Assembly: GCA_963796275.1 (NCBI GenBank)
Contig: CAWCKY010000004.1
Location: 416,001 to 480,000 of the forward strand
Direction: 5' to 3'
Source: an uncultured Acidobacteriota bacterium
GTDB taxonomy: Bacteria; Acidobacteriota; Blastocatellia; RBC074
DNA: 64,000 nucleotides
Positions 60,737 through 64,000 of this stretch are shown in pieces. Under the pieces are notes generated by a model. It saw only the letters and a list, made by a program, of their open reading frames with translations. It was not told where the DNA came from and did no database searches. The position numbers and the translations under genes were made by a program. How positions within the stretch are numbered: position 1 is the stretch's first letter; each line of letters opens with the position of its first letter.

Positions 60737-62086
60737 ATGGCGTCGAAAACCAATGGAGATAGCCATCTGCCCGAACAGGCTAACCAGGAGGAAGTGTATC
60801 AAGCTCTGGAACGGGTATTAAGCAGCAAGTATTTCGCCCACGCTCCGATGAAACAGAAATTCCTGCGACTGATATGTGAATATCACCTGAAGGGACGCGG
60901 GAGCGAACTAAACGAATTTTTGATTGGCCAGGAAGTCTTCGGTCGCGACAGCAATTACAACCCCTCGACAGATCCGATCGTCCGCGTCGGCGCCCACGGC
61001 GTCCGCGAAAAACTCGAACTCTATTATCAGAAAGAAGGATTGGATGACGAGATCCGCATGGAAATGCCTGTCGGCAGCTACAATCTCTGCTTCGTCAGGA
61101 ACCAGCGACGGAGACACGAGGAAGAACAAATAAGCCTTCCTGCTGTCCTTATCCCGGAGCTTCCAGTCAAGAACCGCTGGCATCTATTGATCTATCCGAT
61201 CCTCGCTTCCCTACTACTCGCTATTGGTGTACTTATCTTCTCCAACGGGCGGTTGAGGGAACAGGTGCAAACCCTGACGTCACGGAAAGATCTGGAATCA
61301 TATAAACTCGTGTGGGAGCCTTTCATCAAGAACGGTTCGCCGACCTTGATGGTCTTGAGCAATCCATCTGTCTTCCGCTTTATTAATCCCGCCGATCCGG
61401 ATCCGATCATCACGAAGTCAATTCCCCTCACGACAGAAGAGACATCCGCATCTTTCGAAGCTCTCCCGAATAAGTCGATGATCAAGATCATCCCGGTTCC
61501 CCGATTAACTCTCACGTCAGACACCTACACCGGAATCGGGGAAGCGATCGGCGTTCACCGCGTCACCAATGTTTTTCGCAGCTTCGAAAAACACATAACG
61601 CTCAGACAGAGCCGTACCGTGAGCGTAGAGGACCTGAAGAATCAGAATGTCATCGTGCTGGGCAGCGTCTGGGTGAATAACTGGTCGGGGAAATTGCCGG
61701 CCAGGGAAGAATTCATTTACAGCAATGATGTGACCGTCAAAAATCTCAATCCGAAACCGGGCGAGCAGCCGGAATACCGGGCTGTCTTTGATAAATTGAG
61801 CGGCAAACTGATCGAGGATTACGCCATCATCACGGTGGGGCCCAATATTTCGGAGAAGGATATCGTGATGAATCTCGCGGGTCTGCATAGCGAAGGGACC
61901 GCAGCCGCAGCCGAGTTTGTCACCACCAAACATTACCTGACCGAGTTCAATCAGAAATTACAGACGCTGGGCTGGAATTCCGGATCGCACAAATACTATC
62001 AGGCACTGCTCAAGGCGGGCGTGGATAACGGAATCCCGACAACTATCACACTGGTCTCTCTTCGCGAATTACGCAACTCGATGTAG
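60737..62086 (+). CDS. Single-pass membrane protein with N-terminal putative DNA-binding domain and extracytoplasmic domain
   Basis: ATG after GGAG; LERVLSS.YF, IGQEVFGR...Y.P..DPIVRV...VREKL..YY..EG motif; TM WHLLIYPILASLLLAIGVLIF. Confidence 0.75.
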   Translation: MASKTNGDSHLPEQANQEEVYQALERVLSSKYFAHAPMKQKFLRLICEYHLKGRGSELNEFLIGQEVFGRDSNYNPSTDPIVRVGAHGVREKLELYYQKEGLDDEIRMEMPVGSYNLCFVRNQRRRHEEEQISLPAVLIPELPVKNRWHLLIYPILASLLLAIGVLIFSNGRLREQVQTLTSRKDLESYKLVWEPFIKNGSPTLMVLSNPSVFRFINPADPDPIITKSIPLTTEETSASFEALPNKSMIKIIPVPRLTLTSDTYTGIGEAIGVHRVTNVFRSFEKHITLRQSRTVSVEDLKNQNVIVLGSVWVNNWSGKLPAREEFIYSNDVTVKNLNPKPGEQPEYRAVFDKLSGKLIEDYAIITVGPNISEKDIVMNLAGLHSEGTAAAAEFVTTKHYLTEFNQKLQTLGWNSGSHKYYQALLKAGVDNGIPTTITLVSLRELRNSM

Positions 62087-62092
62087 CAATCC

Positions 62093-63295
62093 TCACTCAT
62101 ATTTCTTCAATTCGAGTTTTGCAATGGCTTCACGGTGAACCTCGTCCGGGCCGTCGGCCAGGCGTAATGTCCGGCTGTGCGCCCAGGCACTCGCTAAATT
62201 GAAATCCTGGGATACACCGGCCCCGCCGTGCGCCTGCAACGCGCGATCGATGACGCGCAGAGCCATGTTGGGCGCGACGACCTTGATCATCGCGATCTCC
62301 GCCCGGGCCGCTTTGTTGCCCGCCGCATCCATCATCGACGCGGCTTTGAGCGTCAGCAGACGGGCCTGTTCGATCTCCATCCGCGATTCGGCGATATCAG
62401 CGCGGATCGTGCCCATCTCGGCCAGGGTCCTGCCGAAAGCCACGCGCTGCTTGACGCGGCGGCACATCGCCCCGAGCGCACGTTCTGCCAGACCGATGAG
62501 GCGCATGCAGTGATGGATCCGCCCCGGTCCGAGGCGCCCCTGCGCTATCTCGAAACCGCGCCCCTCACCCAGCAGCACGTTATCAACAGGCACTCGCACA
62601 TTTTCATAAATCACCTCGGCATGACCGTGAGGCGCGTCGTCATAACCGAAAACCGTCAACATCCGTTTTATTGAAAGGCCATCCGAGTCCATCGGCACGA
62701 GGACCATCGATTGCTGCTTGTGCGTCGCAGCTTTCGGATCGGTCTTGCCCATGAAGATCGAAATCTTGCAGCGCGGATCGCCGGCGCCCGAAGTCCACCA
62801 CTTTCGCCCGTTGATCAGATAATCATCGCCGGCGCGCTCGATGGAAGAGCTGATGTTTGTGGCATCCGATGAGGCGACATCCGGTTCGGTCATCGCGAAG
62901 CACGAGCGCATCTCGCCCTCCAGCAGCGGCCTGAGCCATTGCCGTTTTTGCTCATCGGTCCCATAACGGACGAGAACTTCCATATTGCCAGTGTCCGGCG
63001 CCGAACAATTGAAAACTTCAGGGGACCACGGCACCCGGCCCATAATCTCGCATAGCGGAGCATATTCCAGATTGGTCAAACTCGCGCCATACTCGCTCTC
63101 CGGCAAAAAAAGATTCCACAGAGCTTCGCCCCTTGCCTTCTTCTTCAATTCTTCGAGCAATGGCAAAACCTTCCATCGATCGCCCGAATTGACCTGCTCG
63201 TAATAGGTCTTTTCGTTCGGATAGATATGCTCTTCCATGAAACCCGAAAGTTTTTTCTGCAAGTATTTAGTTTTTTCTGAATATTCGAAGTCCAT
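62093..63295 (-). CDS. Acyl-CoA dehydrogenase
   Basis: [47 protein letters not shown]. Confidence 0.95.
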   Translation of the reverse strand: MDFEYSEKTKYLQKKLSGFMEEHIYPNEKTYYEQVNSGDRWKVLPLLEELKKKARGEALWNLFLPESEYGASLTNLEYAPLCEIMGRVPWSPEVFNCSAPDTGNMEVLVRYGTDEQKRQWLRPLLEGEMRSCFAMTEPDVASSDATNISSSIERAGDDYLINGRKWWTSGAGDPRCKISIFMGKTDPKAATHKQQSMVLVPMDSDGLSIKRMLTVFGYDDAPHGHAEVIYENVRVPVDNVLLGEGRGFEIAQGRLGPGRIHHCMRLIGLAERALGAMCRRVKQRVAFGRTLAEMGTIRADIAESRMEIEQARLLTLKAASMMDAAGNKAARAEIAMIKVVAPNMALRVIDRALQAHGGAGVSQDFNLASAWAHSRTLRLADGPDEVHREAIAKLELKKYE

Positions 63296-63432
63296 AAGAA
63301 TAATTCCAACTAATCTGTCTACTTATGAGCCCATTTTAAATTTCTATAACTGTTTGGACACATTTTCGTTTACAATAGCGATTCCCGCCGCCTCGTTCCC
63401 GATTTTATTCCTCTAACTTATCAGGAGGCGTT

Positions 63433-63660
63433 ATGAGGTCTTTCAGCATCGCCCCCAGACGCAAGAGATCTAAGTCGGGATTGTCTGGACGCGACACGCG
63501 GCCCCTGCGTGCGCCAGCATTTTTCAAAGATGTCAATCTTCCGATAGTCGGTGAAGTCGAAATAACTATCATCGAGCACCGAGGAATCTCTTCACATTCG
63601 GCCTACGCCCTATTTCTCTGCGAGGAGTCGTCGAATCTCCTCCAACGGGTCACACCATAA
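63433..63660 (+). CDS. Small hypothetical protein
   Basis: 75-aa ORF with strong RBS CAGGAGG; no recognisable motif. Confidence 0.4.
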   Translation: MRSFSIAPRRKRSKSGLSGRDTRPLRAPAFFKDVNLPIVGEVEITIIEHRGISSHSAYALFLCEESSNLLQRVTP

Positions 63661-63727
63661 AACAATTAATCGTAAGACCGTAAATTAATCTGCGCTTTTT
63701 ACGATCACATTAATTCTTTCTACGCTT

Positions 63728-64000
63728 ATGAATTCTCATCTAAACGGGGCAAACGGAACAAACGGAACAAGCGGGGCAAATGGGACAAACGGGACAAACG
63801 GGACAAACGTGGTAACCGAAAAAAAAACCCACAAAAGTCCGCAGTACGAGAACTATTTTCGCGATAAAAAACCGCGTCAGTATGAATTTGTACCAGGTCC
63901 ACAGCTTGTGCTCTCAAAGCTTTCGGATGAAGACCTGATGGTGCTCGTCGTCGACGGTTGCCACCACGCATTTAACGAGATATACCGACGCTATAACCGA
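63728..64000 (+). CDS. ECF sigma factor, 5' part (runs off the window; absent from the ORF track)
   Basis: Open frame MNSHL(NGA/NGT)n..LSKLSDEDLMVLVVDGCHHAFNEIYRRYNR, a typical ECF N-terminus. Confidence 0.7.
   Translation, partial: MNSHLNGANGTNGTSGANGTNGTNGTNVVTEKKTHKSPQYENYFRDKKPRQYEFVPGPQLVLSKLSDEDLMVLVVDGCHHAFNEIYRRYNR
63743..63809 (+). repeat. In-frame 9-bp tandem repeat (about 7 units)
   Basis: aacggggca aacggaaca aacggaaca agcggggca aatgggaca aacgggaca aacgggaca. Confidence 0.9.

Overview
Bacterial chromosomal segment. The gene repertoire suggests Acidobacteriota, probably Blastocatellia-like; this is inference, not a computed assignment. From left to right: (1) an operon of TPR-gluzincin peptidase, DUF4159, MoxR, DUF58, a frameshifted BatA-vWA gene and a long Q-rich membrane protein. 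(2) An accessory, partly AT-richer block (~11.7-26.4 kb) with two tandem secreted DUF4394 genes, two exported carboxypeptidase-regulatory-like proteins and a tandem duplication of an exported TPR-CHAT (caspase-like) protease gene. (3) A Gld-like ABC operon plus msrA. (4) Hopanoid genes shc, hpnCDE and hpnJ. (5) An orphan MreB-like actin, an esterase and a DUF1549/DUF1553 + DUF1501 pair. (6) RNase P RNA. (7) A Ser/Thr kinase divergent from an ECF sigma/anti-sigma pair. (8) An OPT transporter, CoA-transferase, LOG, a membrane regulator, an acyl-CoA dehydrogenase and the 5' end of a second ECF sigma. The most notable unexplained signals are four. The first is a three-way-junction RNA with two compensatory base-pair changes, conserved in the leaders of both DUF4394 genes. 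The second is the pair of exported CHAT proteases with diverged TPR arrays but near-identical catalytic ends. The third is a repeated TGAAAGAATC-N12-TCAC promoter-like motif bracketing the anti-sigma gene. The fourth is one 9-bp DNA repeat inserted into three unrelated proteins in two reading frames. No tRNA, rRNA, CRISPR array or transposase was found. All family assignments come from motif recognition, not database searches.
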